DNA from: a bacterium | GTDB lineage: Bacteria > UBP7 > UBA6624 > JBBIMK01 | Assembly: GCA_037444445.1 (NCBI GenBank) | Contig: JBBIMK010000007.1 | Span: forward strand, 47,647 to 79,646 | Length of the DNA stretch: 32,000 nt | Direction: 5' to 3' | Shown: piece by piece, positions 1 to 7,829 of the stretch | How positions within the stretch are numbered: the stretch's first letter is position 1 | Layout: each line of letters begins with the position of its first letter | The notes under the pieces: model-generated | Seen by the model: the letters and a program-made list of their open reading frames with translations, nothing else | Databases searched by the model: none | What the model was told of the DNA's origin: nothing | Translations under genes and position numbers: made by a program

Positions 1-1
1 T

Positions 2-2935
2 CAAGAAATTGCCTCGCCGGGCCAAATCCTCATCCCGGAAACTCTGGTCAGTAAAGTAGAATCCACTTTTCAAGTCCACTATTGGAAATATATTACCCAG
101 AAGGGAACCGGAAAAAGGGTTCGGGTATATGAAATCGCGGGAATAAAAAGAGGAGCAGACCAATTTCCTGTTCAGCCTCTCATCGGAAAAAAAATTGAAC
201 TCGGTTTTTGCGAATCCATTTTGATGAAAAGCCAGAAGGGAAAGGGGCAAGTCATCGGGATTCTGGGTGGTGAAGGAACCGGGAAAAGGGTGCTGGCTTC
301 CCATGTGATGAATTCTGCGCGAAAAGCAGGCTTCCGCACCAGCGGTGTGACAGGCTATCCCTTCCGCAAGACCCTCCCTTTCTGGACCATCTCACAACTT
401 CTGTCAGGGCTTCTGGATGTGCCCACCTTGCAGACGAGCCTTACCCAGGATGAATATAACCAGGTGTGTAAGGTGGCTTCCCGGACTGAATCCTCTCCTC
501 CAGAACTGCAAGTAAATGCTGAACACAAAGGCATGCTTTTCACACTCTCCAAAAAAACCTTGATAATAGTTGCCGGGGACAAACCACTATTTTTAGTGGT
601 CTCAGGCTACCACAACACGGATTCCCTCTCACAAGAATTTCTTAACTTTTTCAGTTACAGCCTGCCAAACCTGCCCATCTGCCTCCTGCTGACCTATCAG
701 TCAGGAGTAGAAATCCCTTTTCGTGGCAAAGAATTCTTTTCGGAAATAACACTGCGAAACTGGGAGCAAAACGAAGTGATGGAAGCCATAAGGGTTTTCC
801 TCCCGGGCGAGGAACCGAAAGAAGCCTTTGCAACAAAAGTTATGAGGTTAACCAACGGGAACCCTTCAATGATAAGAAATTTTCTGAGTCAAATGCGTCA
901 GTTTGACCTGAAGATAGAGGAGGTCATGGAAAAAGCAGAAAGCCTGGACCCGGAGTGGTTGAATGCTACCACGAGACTGGATGAATTATCCCAGAATGCT
1001 CGGGAAGTTCTGAACGCCGCCTCGGTGTTACCTCAGGAGTTTTCTTACCGCTTTCTCCAGAGCATACTTCCGCAAACGCTGGATTTGAGTCAGGTGTTAT
1101 TAGAACTGTTAGAAAAGGATTTTTTGAAAGAGACTCGTTTTTCACCGGAACTTTGTTATTCTTTTCAAAACCAGGCGGTCAAGCGATTCGTGGAAAGCAG
1201 GTTATTGAAACATCAACTGAAGACACTTCATCTGGAGTCAGCAAAAGCGTTACTCAAATTATATCCCGAGAACCTGGAGGACCACTATTACGAGATAGCC
1301 TGTCACTATAAAAAGGCTGATGAGCCCGCAAAAGCCATAGAATATTTCATAGAGGCTGCAGAGGTAGCCCGGAAAAAATTTGCCATTCGGGAAGCGAAAG
1401 AATTGTTTGCCTCCGCCCATTCAGTTCTTAAAACCTCCCGTATCTCCATTTCCTATTCTCTCCAGAGCCTGTTGTATAGCGGGTGTGCAGAAGTAGATAG
1501 AATTCTGGGAAACTTCAAAGAATCCAATGAAGATTACCAGACCCTCAGAAAACTGGCGCGAGAAAATGGGGACTCTTTCAATGAAATCCGGGCACTTTTG
1601 AAGTTAGGGGATAATTTCATGGACAAAGGAGACCTCCCATTGGCGGAGACGCTTTTTCAACAGGCTGCCGATGCTTGTGGCGAGTCTGACTTCCCTTCCC
1701 TCCGTGCCTATGCCCTCACGAAAATCGGTCGGGTACGCTATATGAAAGGGTTGAAAGAAGGAGTCAAAGACCTCCTTCTGAAGGGTTTAGAACTGGCGAC
1801 AGGGGCAAACGACCGCCAAACGGAAGCCATGGCTCTGAATTATCTGGGGCTATATCAGCGCCGTTTTGAATCTGCCGAAGAGGCTTTGCGCACCTTTGAA
1901 CAGGCCTACCGCATCTATGAAGAAATGCATCACCCCCGAGGCATGGCAAATACTCTCCTGAATATCGGCATCGCTTATGAACATATTGGTGACCTGGAAA
2001 AAGATATGGAAGTCAACCAGAAAGCCTTGAAAATCTCTGAAGACATCGGAGATTTGTATACCATCGCTTCCTCATCCCATAATGTCGGCGTGATTCTACT
2101 GGATTCTGGAAAGCCCCGGGAGGCTCTTCCCTATCTACTGAAAAGCCTGGAGATTCAAAAATCTATGGAAGATGTGCTTTCCCAATCCCTTACCCTGTCC
2201 AACATAGGTTACTGCTATTATCAGTTAGGAGAACTGGAAAAGGCAACCCGAGCACATTCTGAAGGAATAGGACTGGCACGACAGGGAGGCTCTGCCTATT
2301 TCGCTCTGGATAATCAAATTGGACTTGCAGATGCCTACACAGCCGTCGGTCTATACGAAAAGGCAGAAAAAAAACTGGATGAAACTCTGAAAGAGGCTCA
2401 AAACCTTCAACAGGTGTTACTCTCTCTTAAGTCCATCCTCTCTCTGGCAGTATGCCTGATTCTCCAGGGCAAATGGGAAAAGGCAGAAACATTCTTGAAT
2501 GAGAGAAAAGAGGACTTTGAGTTACAGGTTGAAAAAAAAGACTTGATGTTATACACCCTGTTGAAATCTATTCTTTTTTATGAATATCATCAGAACTCTG
2601 AAGAAAGCCGACAGTGGCTTCAACGAGCCTCTCAACTTTCCAAAGAATCTCAGATTGGATACACACAATGCCAGGCAGGGATTCTCCAGTTTCTATATTT
2701 TGAAGAGAACACAATACCACAGGTGAACGCTCTGATAGAGCGGGGAGAATTCGCTCTGCTGAAGTTAGAAAAACTCACCGCAGAAGTTCAGGTGGCAAAG
2801 AGAAAAGAGAAAACTGAACAATACTTTCACCTCCTGCAGGAAGCGAAATATCTTCTCTACTCCCTCGCAAACAAGATAGAAAATCCCGGCTGGCGGGAAA
2901 CTTTCATTACTACCCGGTTACGGCGCCTGGAATAA
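2..2935 (+). CDS. Class III adenylate/guanylate cyclase C-terminus fused to STAND/AAA-like NTPase module and TPR array (5' end outside window)
   Basis: The frame of ORF 221..2935 stays open to the window edge. Translation of 2..220 is QEIASPGQILIPETLVSKVESTFQVHYWKYITQKGTGKRVRVYEIAGIKR..PLIGKKIELGF. This is the typical end of a class III cyclase catalytic domain plus the PL(I/V)GR.xEL linker. It is followed by a P-loop-like GILGGEGTGKR and many TPR-like repeats (YYEIACHYKKADEPAKAIEYF, ALNYLGLYQRRFESAEEALRTFEQAY, NIGIAYEHIGDLEKDMEVNQKAL). Confidence 0.8.
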   Translation, partial: QEIASPGQILIPETLVSKVESTFQVHYWKYITQKGTGKRVRVYEIAGIKRGADQFPVQPLIGKKIELGFCESILMKSQKGKGQVIGILGGEGTGKRVLASHVMNSARKAGFRTSGVTGYPFRKTLPFWTISQLLSGLLDVPTLQTSLTQDEYNQVCKVASRTESSPPELQVNAEHKGMLFTLSKKTLIIVAGDKPLFLVVSGYHNTDSLSQEFLNFFSYSLPNLPICLLLTYQSGVEIPFRGKEFFSEITLRNWEQNEVMEAIRVFLPGEEPKEAFATKVMRLTNGNPSMIRNFLSQMRQFDLKIEEVMEKAESLDPEWLNATTRLDELSQNAREVLNAASVLPQEFSYRFLQSILPQTLDLSQVLLELLEKDFLKETRFSPELCYSFQNQAVKRFVESRLLKHQLKTLHLESAKALLKLYPENLEDHYYEIACHYKKADEPAKAIEYFIEAAEVARKKFAIREAKELFASAHSVLKTSRISISYSLQSLLYSGCAEVDRILGNFKESNEDYQTLRKLARENGDSFNEIRALLKLGDNFMDKGDLPLAETLFQQAADACGESDFPSLRAYALTKIGRVRYMKGLKEGVKDLLLKGLELATGANDRQTEAMALNYLGLYQRRFESAEEALRTFEQAYRIYEEMHHPRGMANTLLNIGIAYEHIGDLEKDMEVNQKALKISEDIGDLYTIASSSHNVGVILLDSGKPREALPYLLKSLEIQKSMEDVLSQSLTLSNIGYCYYQLGELEKATRAHSEGIGLARQGGSAYFALDNQIGLADAYTAVGLYEKAEKKLDETLKEAQNLQQVLLSLKSILSLAVCLILQGKWEKAETFLNERKEDFELQVEKKDLMLYTLLKSILFYEYHQNSEESRQWLQRASQLSKESQIGYTQCQAGILQFLYFEENTIPQVNALIERGEFALLKLEKLTAEVQVAKRKEKTEQYFHLLQEAKYLLYSLANKIENPGWRETFITTRLRRLE

Positions 2936-2954
2936 CCCTGAAGATTGTTATTCC
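2929..2954. terminator. Weak AT-rich hairpin between convergent genes (possible bidirectional terminator)
   Basis: GGAATAAC (2929-2936), a 10-nt loop, then GTTATTCC (2947-2954): a perfect 8-bp inverted repeat spanning the cyclase stop codon. There is only a weak T-tract afterwards. Confidence 0.25.
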
Positions 2955-2959
2955 TTCTA

Positions 2960-3274
2960 TCAAGTTATCAGCAAATAAGTGCTCAGGGTGCCCTCGTGCT
3001 GTCCGCCGGAATAATGCTGTAAAGTGACTACATACTGACCCTTCGCTAATGCAGGAGGTTTACAGGTGACGGTGAGCGTGAACCCATCCTGAGTGCAGGT
3101 TCCGATGCTGACTGCGTCCTGTCCGTCAAATCGGATGCCGGTGATGGGACACACCTTCTCATCCGTATTGAGGGAAACGGTGATTTTCAGCGGATTTGAG
3201 ATGCTCCTGCTACCCCCATAAATGGCGGGAGCCCCATCCAGCGCCGGGCATATAGATACAGTTTGATAGCCCAT
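2960..3274 (-). CDS. Small (104 aa) Cys-containing protein of unknown function, paralog A of a tandem pair
   Basis: RBS gaagaGGAGGtatagaaaATG; no signal peptide. About 59% identical (hand alignment) to ORF 3415..3732. Shared blocks: CPALDGA, NPLKIT(V/I)SLN, VCPIT, AVSIG.CTQ.G, CKPP, HYSGGQHEGT. Four conserved Cys. A 26-nt stretch is identical between 2991-3016 and 3449-3474. Confidence 0.7.
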   Translation of the reverse strand: MGYQTVSICPALDGAPAIYGGSRSISNPLKITVSLNTDEKVCPITGIRFDGQDAVSIGTCTQDGFTLTVTCKPPALAKGQYVVTLQHYSGGQHEGTLSTYLLIT

Positions 3275-3414
3275 TTTCTATACCTCCTCTTCCATATTTC
3301 TGCAAACTTTTCAGGCTTCAAATACGGACCGCAAGAGATTTCCTCTACCCCGCTTGAAGTTGCCTCCCGCTCTCATCGGTATTTTTCATCCTCCTGCGGA
3401 ACTTTTCAGCTCCG

Positions 3415-3732
3415 TTACACCCCGGGAGTATAGGGGGTGCTTATAGTTCCCTCGTGCTGTCCGCCGGAATAATGAGCCACAGAAACAGCACACCCCTGAC
3501 CGGGGGTCAACGGGGGAGGTTTGCAGAAGACGGTAACCTTGAGCCCGCTCTGGGTGCAATTTCCAATGCTAACTGCAGAGACCCCATTAAACTGGATGCA
3601 GGTGATAGGACACACGTTCTCAGAAGCATTGAGGGAAATGGTAATTTTTAAGGGATTACCGGAGTCTCCACTAAAACCGTATTGAGCAGAGGCGCCATCC
3701 AGAGCTGGACACTTATTTCCCGGACAGGCCAT
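3415..3732 (-). CDS. Small (105 aa) Cys-containing protein of unknown function, paralog B of a tandem pair
   Basis: RBS aaaAGGAGGtgaaaagatATG; no signal peptide. Paralogous to 2960..3274 (same conserved blocks and Cys positions). The tandem duplication has a period of about 458 bp. Confidence 0.7.
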   Translation of the reverse strand: MACPGNKCPALDGASAQYGFSGDSGNPLKITISLNASENVCPITCIQFNGVSAVSIGNCTQSGLKVTVFCKPPPLTPGQGCAVSVAHYSGGQHEGTISTPYTPGV

Positions 3733-3896
3733 ATCTTTTCACCTCCTTTTCAAGAATTTTTGAATATCTCATCGCTCCATTCATTTCAATAATATCGCTT
3801 TCCTCAGTTCAGAATTGCTTCTCTCTGCACCGTCCGTAAACCTTTGTCCTGTCTCCCGCCTCATCCCAGTTTTCCCTTCCCACATCGGTATATAAA

Positions 3897-3926
3897 AGTA
3901 TATGGAGGTAGAACGAAACTTGTCAA
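3897..3926 (-). promoter_or_regulatory. Sigma70-type promoter for the small-paralog genes
   Basis: On the minus strand: TTGACA (3926-3921), an 18-nt spacer, then TATACT (3902-3897). The -35 is perfect and the -10 matches 5 of 6. The predicted TSS near 3890 gives a leader of about 158 nt before the ATG at 3732. Confidence 0.45.
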
Positions 3927-4061
3927 GTGAATTGTGATTGCTCCATCAAGATGTGGCATATTTTTCACTGCTATATATCATATTCCGATGTTTTCCGGTT
4001 TTCTTTTTTCAGGAACTTTGCCGAGAATCTGTGCGGGGGGGGACTATATGGAAGATTCGTA

Positions 4062-5021
4062 TCAGCCTTCTGTAAGGGACCTCTGGATAGCGATACTGGA
4101 AAAGAATACAGAGTTAGCGGTGAAGGATAACGACAGAGAGGTTGTATGGGTAACCTTCAAAGTAATGGGAAAGATGAGGGTGCCCGTTCCGACAAGAGAC
4201 CGGGCACCAGAAATTTCCACCGAGGAAGAGGGAAGGATATTCTCTAATCGGATTTCTGTGTTTGTAGATTCCGCGAAAAAATAAGCGGTAACCTGATATT
4301 CGCCGGGAGGGATGTCGGTAAGACGAAGAACCACAGCCGGTTGCGGAAGCACCGCTCGGTCAGCAGATGGTGAACCGGTTCCACCACGGAGGTAAACTCT
4401 CTTTTCACGAATGTAGCGCTCAAGATTATATTCACCACCGAGGTAAATCCCGTTCATTTCCAGTTCTGCACCCCTCACCTGAAGAAGGCGATTTTGCTCC
4501 GGAGCCGATTGAAGAGCGAAAGGTGTCAAAATAAGGGTATGCCCGGAGGGTTCCTGAGTGGGGGGGGCGGGCGGAGAAAGATTATCTCCCGGAGGAAGAG
4601 TTTCCGCCTTGCTTTCCCCGGGGTAAGAGAGAGAGAAAATGCCTTCTACCTCCTCTGCATCAGTAAAATTGATGAGGATGAGGCTCCAGGTGAAGCCCAG
4701 CTCCACCAGGTCAGAGGTGGCACGAGCGGTTACCTGATAGCGAGAACTTCCTCTGGACTTGCCCCGTACCTTTGTATGGTCAGGCTTCACCAGAAGAACC
4801 TGTAAAAGTTGACCCCTTTTTTTTAATAGAACCTCCGCCTGCACTTCCCCTGGCGACTTCACATCAAAGGAGTATTCCAGTCTCTCGCCCGTTCGCCCTC
4901 TCAATGTGAAGGGATGACTTTCCTGAACCGGAGAAGTTTCTACCGCCAGAGCCAACAGGGGAGAAAACAAAATTCCGGGAAACAGGAAGAGCACCTTCCC
5001 TACCCTGCGCATTTTCATCAC
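4062..5021 (-). CDS. Secreted protein of unknown function with two beta-sandwich-like halves
   Basis: Sec signal peptide ...KVLFLFPGILFSPLLALA|VE. A Pro-rich linker (PPGDNLSPPAPPTQEP) separates an N-terminal half with a pre-peptidase-C-terminal-like pattern from a C-terminal beta-rich half. The ORF opens GTG-ATG-AAA-ATG; the SD-like AGGGGG is best spaced for the ATG at 5012. Confidence 0.7.
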   Translation of the reverse strand: MMKMRRVGKVLFLFPGILFSPLLALAVETSPVQESHPFTLRGRTGERLEYSFDVKSPGEVQAEVLLKKRGQLLQVLLVKPDHTKVRGKSRGSSRYQVTARATSDLVELGFTWSLILINFTDAEEVEGIFSLSYPGESKAETLPPGDNLSPPAPPTQEPSGHTLILTPFALQSAPEQNRLLQVRGAELEMNGIYLGGEYNLERYIREKRVYLRGGTGSPSADRAVLPQPAVVLRLTDIPPGEYQVTAYFFAESTNTEIRLENILPSSSVEISGARSLVGTGTLIFPITLKVTHTTSLSLSFTANSVFFSSIAIQRSLTEG

Positions 5022-5120
5022 CCCCTGAACTTCTTTGCCTCACGAAGGATATTTTATCAAAATACCGCACAAAGAATCATCTGACAAAAAAAGGAGGTCT
5101 CGCTTTCAGGGTGATATAAT

Positions 5121-6233
5121 ATGAAAGAAATGAGCGAATTCAATGAAAAACTTCAGCAACTCCTTGAAGTGAGTATTCAACTCACCTCAAAACTGGAGTC
5201 GGAGGCGTTATTTCAGAATATCTTATCTTCTGCGGTTTCGCTTTTGAACACAGAGGGAGGTTCCATCTATTTTTACGATGAAGCACGGCAGGTGCTTTCC
5301 TTCCAATATGTCATCACCACCCCTTCAGAGCTCGGGGAGCAACTGAAGAAATTTGAACTCAAACTGGGGGAAGGAGTGGTAGGAGCCTGCGCCCTGAAGA
5401 GAGAATCTATCTTGTTAGAGGATGCCCAGCGTGATAAGAGATTTTATCGCCAGACTGACTTATTCACAGGATATATCACCCGAAATCTTCTAACCGTTCC
5501 GATGAAATATTACCATCCAGACCTGAAACAGGATGTGTTGGTAGGGGTTCTGCAGGTGGTCAATAAAAAAGATGGAGCCTTCCAGTCGGGGGATGTGCGG
5601 GTGCTGGAAACGCTGGCTTCCCAGGCGGCTATCCTCCTGGAGAGAAATCGTCTGTATTCATCCCTGCGGGAGCAGTTCCTTGGAACAATAGCGGCGCTGG
5701 CAGCCGCCGTAGATGCCCGGGACCCTTACACCCACGGTCATTCTATGCGTGTGGCAAAGTATGCCGTAAATCTGGCAAAAGCCATGATGAAAACTGAGAA
5801 TGAACTCTTTGAGCTCCGCCTTTGCTGTCTTCTGCACGACATTGGTAAAATCGCCATTCCCGACCACATCCTGAAAAAAGCGGGGCGACTCTCCGAAGAG
5901 GAATTTGACACGATGAAAACTCATGTGGAAGAAGGGTATAAAATCCTGAAGCCCGTGAAACTTTCCCCAGAAATTCTGGGCGGAGTTCTTCACCATCATG
6001 AACGCTGGGACGGAGCCGGCTACCCTTCGGGATTAAAGGAAAAGGAAATCCCGGAATTTGGCAGGATTCTTGCCTTTGCCGACACGCTGGATGCGATGAC
6101 CACTGACCGCCCCTACCGAAAGGGCAAAACATTCCCGGAAGCCCTGCAAGAAATTATGAAAAATGCAGGTGGACAATTCGACCCCTTCATATCGGAAATT
6201 TTTCAGAAAGAATTCTTGAATATCATCCGTTGA
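5121..6233 (+). CDS. GAF domain - HD-GYP domain cyclic-nucleotide/cyclic-dinucleotide phosphodiesterase
   Basis: N-terminal GAF-like region. HD-GYP catalytic motifs are present: HGHSMRVAKYA, LLHDIGKIAIPD, HHHERWDGAGYPSGL, FADTLDAMTTDRPYRKG. Confidence 0.9.
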   Translation: MKEMSEFNEKLQQLLEVSIQLTSKLESEALFQNILSSAVSLLNTEGGSIYFYDEARQVLSFQYVITTPSELGEQLKKFELKLGEGVVGACALKRESILLEDAQRDKRFYRQTDLFTGYITRNLLTVPMKYYHPDLKQDVLVGVLQVVNKKDGAFQSGDVRVLETLASQAAILLERNRLYSSLREQFLGTIAALAAAVDARDPYTHGHSMRVAKYAVNLAKAMMKTENELFELRLCCLLHDIGKIAIPDHILKKAGRLSEEEFDTMKTHVEEGYKILKPVKLSPEILGGVLHHHERWDGAGYPSGLKEKEIPEFGRILAFADTLDAMTTDRPYRKGKTFPEALQEIMKNAGGQFDPFISEIFQKEFLNIIR

Positions 6234-6946
6234 AAAACCTTTTCCTTTTCTGGCTGGCTATTCATCTGCTCACGGATTTCCTCCTCCAGACGAATTGGCT
6301 GGTCAATCTAAAACGAAACAGTAGAATTGGGACTCTGCTTCATGTTTCAATCTTCGCCATCCTCACAGTTCTATTTCTGCCCCTGCTATCGTCGGAGTAT
6401 CGTCAGGGTCTCTTTGCCATCTCCATGCTATTAGCCGGGCTTCACTGGCTTCAGGACGAGATTCGTGTAGGATGGCTAAAAACATCGCCAGAAAAGGATA
6501 AATTAGGGTCTTTCCTTCTGGACCAGGTCAGTCACGTCTTACAACTTTTCCTTGCCACCATCTTCTATCCGGTTCCCGACTCTGCTTTCCCCTGGACCGC
6601 CGGTTATGCTCTCATCTTCAACGGCATCTTACTCACCGCTTCTGTCTTTCCTGCGCTGTTGTATTACACTCTCAGCACTTTCATCGGGGAGAAGAAAGAG
6701 TGTTTATACTCTTTCCCGTCCCGGGTCGTTTATGGCGTAATTGGAAGTGGATATTTCCTGCTGTTCCTGTGCCCCTATCGTTATTTATTTCCTTTCGTCT
6801 TACTGGCACATCTCTGGGCTCAGGAGGCAGTGCAGAGAAAATATCCCCAGCCGCCGATACCCCTGTGGGGTTCGCTGGCAAGTGTAGCCTGGGCATCCTT
6901 CTGGAGCAGTGCCCTTCTTTACCTTCAGCGTCTTCTGGAACTCTAA
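6230..6946 (+). CDS. Polytopic membrane protein, DUF3307-like
   Basis: The N-terminus WLAIHLLTDFLLQTNWL matches the H..DF.LQ signature I associate with DUF3307. There are about 6 hydrophobic segments. The TTG start at 6230 overlaps the TGA stop of the HD-GYP gene (gTTGA), suggesting translational coupling. Confidence 0.65.
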   Translation: MKNLFLFWLAIHLLTDFLLQTNWLVNLKRNSRIGTLLHVSIFAILTVLFLPLLSSEYRQGLFAISMLLAGLHWLQDEIRVGWLKTSPEKDKLGSFLLDQVSHVLQLFLATIFYPVPDSAFPWTAGYALIFNGILLTASVFPALLYYTLSTFIGEKKECLYSFPSRVVYGVIGSGYFLLFLCPYRYLFPFVLLAHLWAQEAVQRKYPQPPIPLWGSLASVAWASFWSSALLYLQRLLEL

Positions 6947-7025
6947 GATTTAAAACACGAAGTTCAAAGTGATTTCAAAATCCCGGGTTCTGATGTTCAA
7001 AACAGGGTTGTATGAAGGAATGGCA

Positions 7026-7829
7026 TCAAGGCTTTCCTTCCACTTCGTGAGAATGTGGATTGATGATAAACCCTCGCTCCCAGGGGTCAGGAGGAATCTT
7101 CTTGAGAATTTTTCCTTTCACCAGGTCTTCAATCTCACGAGGATATTCGCCAAATTTTTGAAAGTATTTCTCCACCGCCCGGGTTAAAATCCACTGGGAT
7201 TTCAGCCACTGCATTTTTTTAGAAAGCCCCTCTCTCTCTTCTTCAGAGGTAGCATTCTCCATTAAAAGTTTCAAATAGGCTATGGCGGTTTCATATTTTT
7301 CGCCTTTGCGATACAGGAACAAGATGAAAGAATCCACTGTGGGGGGGTGTCCAGGAATCTTCGCTGACTGTTGAGCATACTCCACTGCCTTATCGTAATC
7401 CCTCATCATATAATAGCGGTGAGAAACCCAGAAAGGGAGGCGCCAGTCGGACGGATTTTTTTGTATTCCGAGTTTCAAAAACTCCAGGGAAGCCTTCCGT
7501 TCCTCGGGAGTAAAGGACATCAAGTTCGCCGCATAGAACCAGGCGTGATAATTCTGGGGGTCCAAATCCGTAGCCACATCCAGCATGCCCACCATCCACG
7601 CCGGGTCACGATTCTGCCTGGGCTGGACAAAATACTGAATCAGCCCCAGAACAATCAGGTCCGAAACCAGACTCTTCTGTCCCAGAGAAAGAAGACGGAG
7701 AAGGTCAGACGATGGGAGGTAAAGTGAACGACGCTGCGAAGTTCGTGCAGTCTCCCATCGGAGCAGTTCCTTTTGAAATCCTGCCTGAACCAGTAATAAG
7801 AGAAACAGGAAAAACAGCCAGTGTTTCAT
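7026..7829 (-). CDS. Signal-anchored TPR-like protein with GspG-like (type II secretion pseudopilin globular) C-terminal motif
   Basis: The likely start, MKHWLFFLFLLLLVQAG (ATG 7829), overlaps the upstream permease stop as ATGA. The middle is a TPR-like helical region. The C-terminus AVEKYFQKFGEYPREIEDLVKGKILKKIPPDPWERGF follows the GspG pattern Y....G.YP....LV....L...P.DPWG. The longer ORF to 7925 is probably read-through of the upstream gene end. Confidence 0.65.
   Translation of the reverse strand: MKHWLFFLFLLLLVQAGFQKELLRWETARTSQRRSLYLPSSDLLRLLSLGQKSLVSDLIVLGLIQYFVQPRQNRDPAWMVGMLDVATDLDPQNYHAWFYAANLMSFTPEERKASLEFLKLGIQKNPSDWRLPFWVSHRYYMMRDYDKAVEYAQQSAKIPGHPPTVDSFILFLYRKGEKYETAIAYLKLLMENATSEEEREGLSKKMQWLKSQWILTRAVEKYFQKFGEYPREIEDLVKGKILKKIPPDPWERGFIINPHSHEVEGKP

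Noticed and set aside
4035-4042. G8/C8 homopolymer tracts (4035-4042 intergenic; 4560-4567 inside the secreted-protein gene; G7 at 7341-7347 in the TPR gene) as phase-variation switches.
   Set aside because: The coding tracts simply encode Pro-Pro (CCC CCC) in linker regions. The lengths are modest and there is no population or read evidence. I cannot distinguish them from chance.
3927-4284. Plus-strand ORFs 3927..4130 and 3934..4284.
   Set aside because: They start inside the promoter region of the small-paralog genes and run antisense into the secreted-protein gene. They have no RBS and no recognisable motifs.
5088-5120. AAAGGAGGT about 25 nt upstream of the HD-GYP start, and TATAAT directly abutting the ATG (possible leaderless transcript or mis-called start).
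   Set aside because: An in-frame TGA at 5112-5114 precludes an upstream start. I cannot decide between ATG 5121 and ATG 5130 or define the promoter from sequence alone, so no feature is called.
6552-6972. Alternative-frame ORFs 6552..6740, 6700..6972 and 6681..6896 within the DUF3307-like gene.
   Set aside because: Their translations are Pro/Ser/Arg-rich shadow sequences. The 6230..6946 frame gives coherent transmembrane segments and the family motif.
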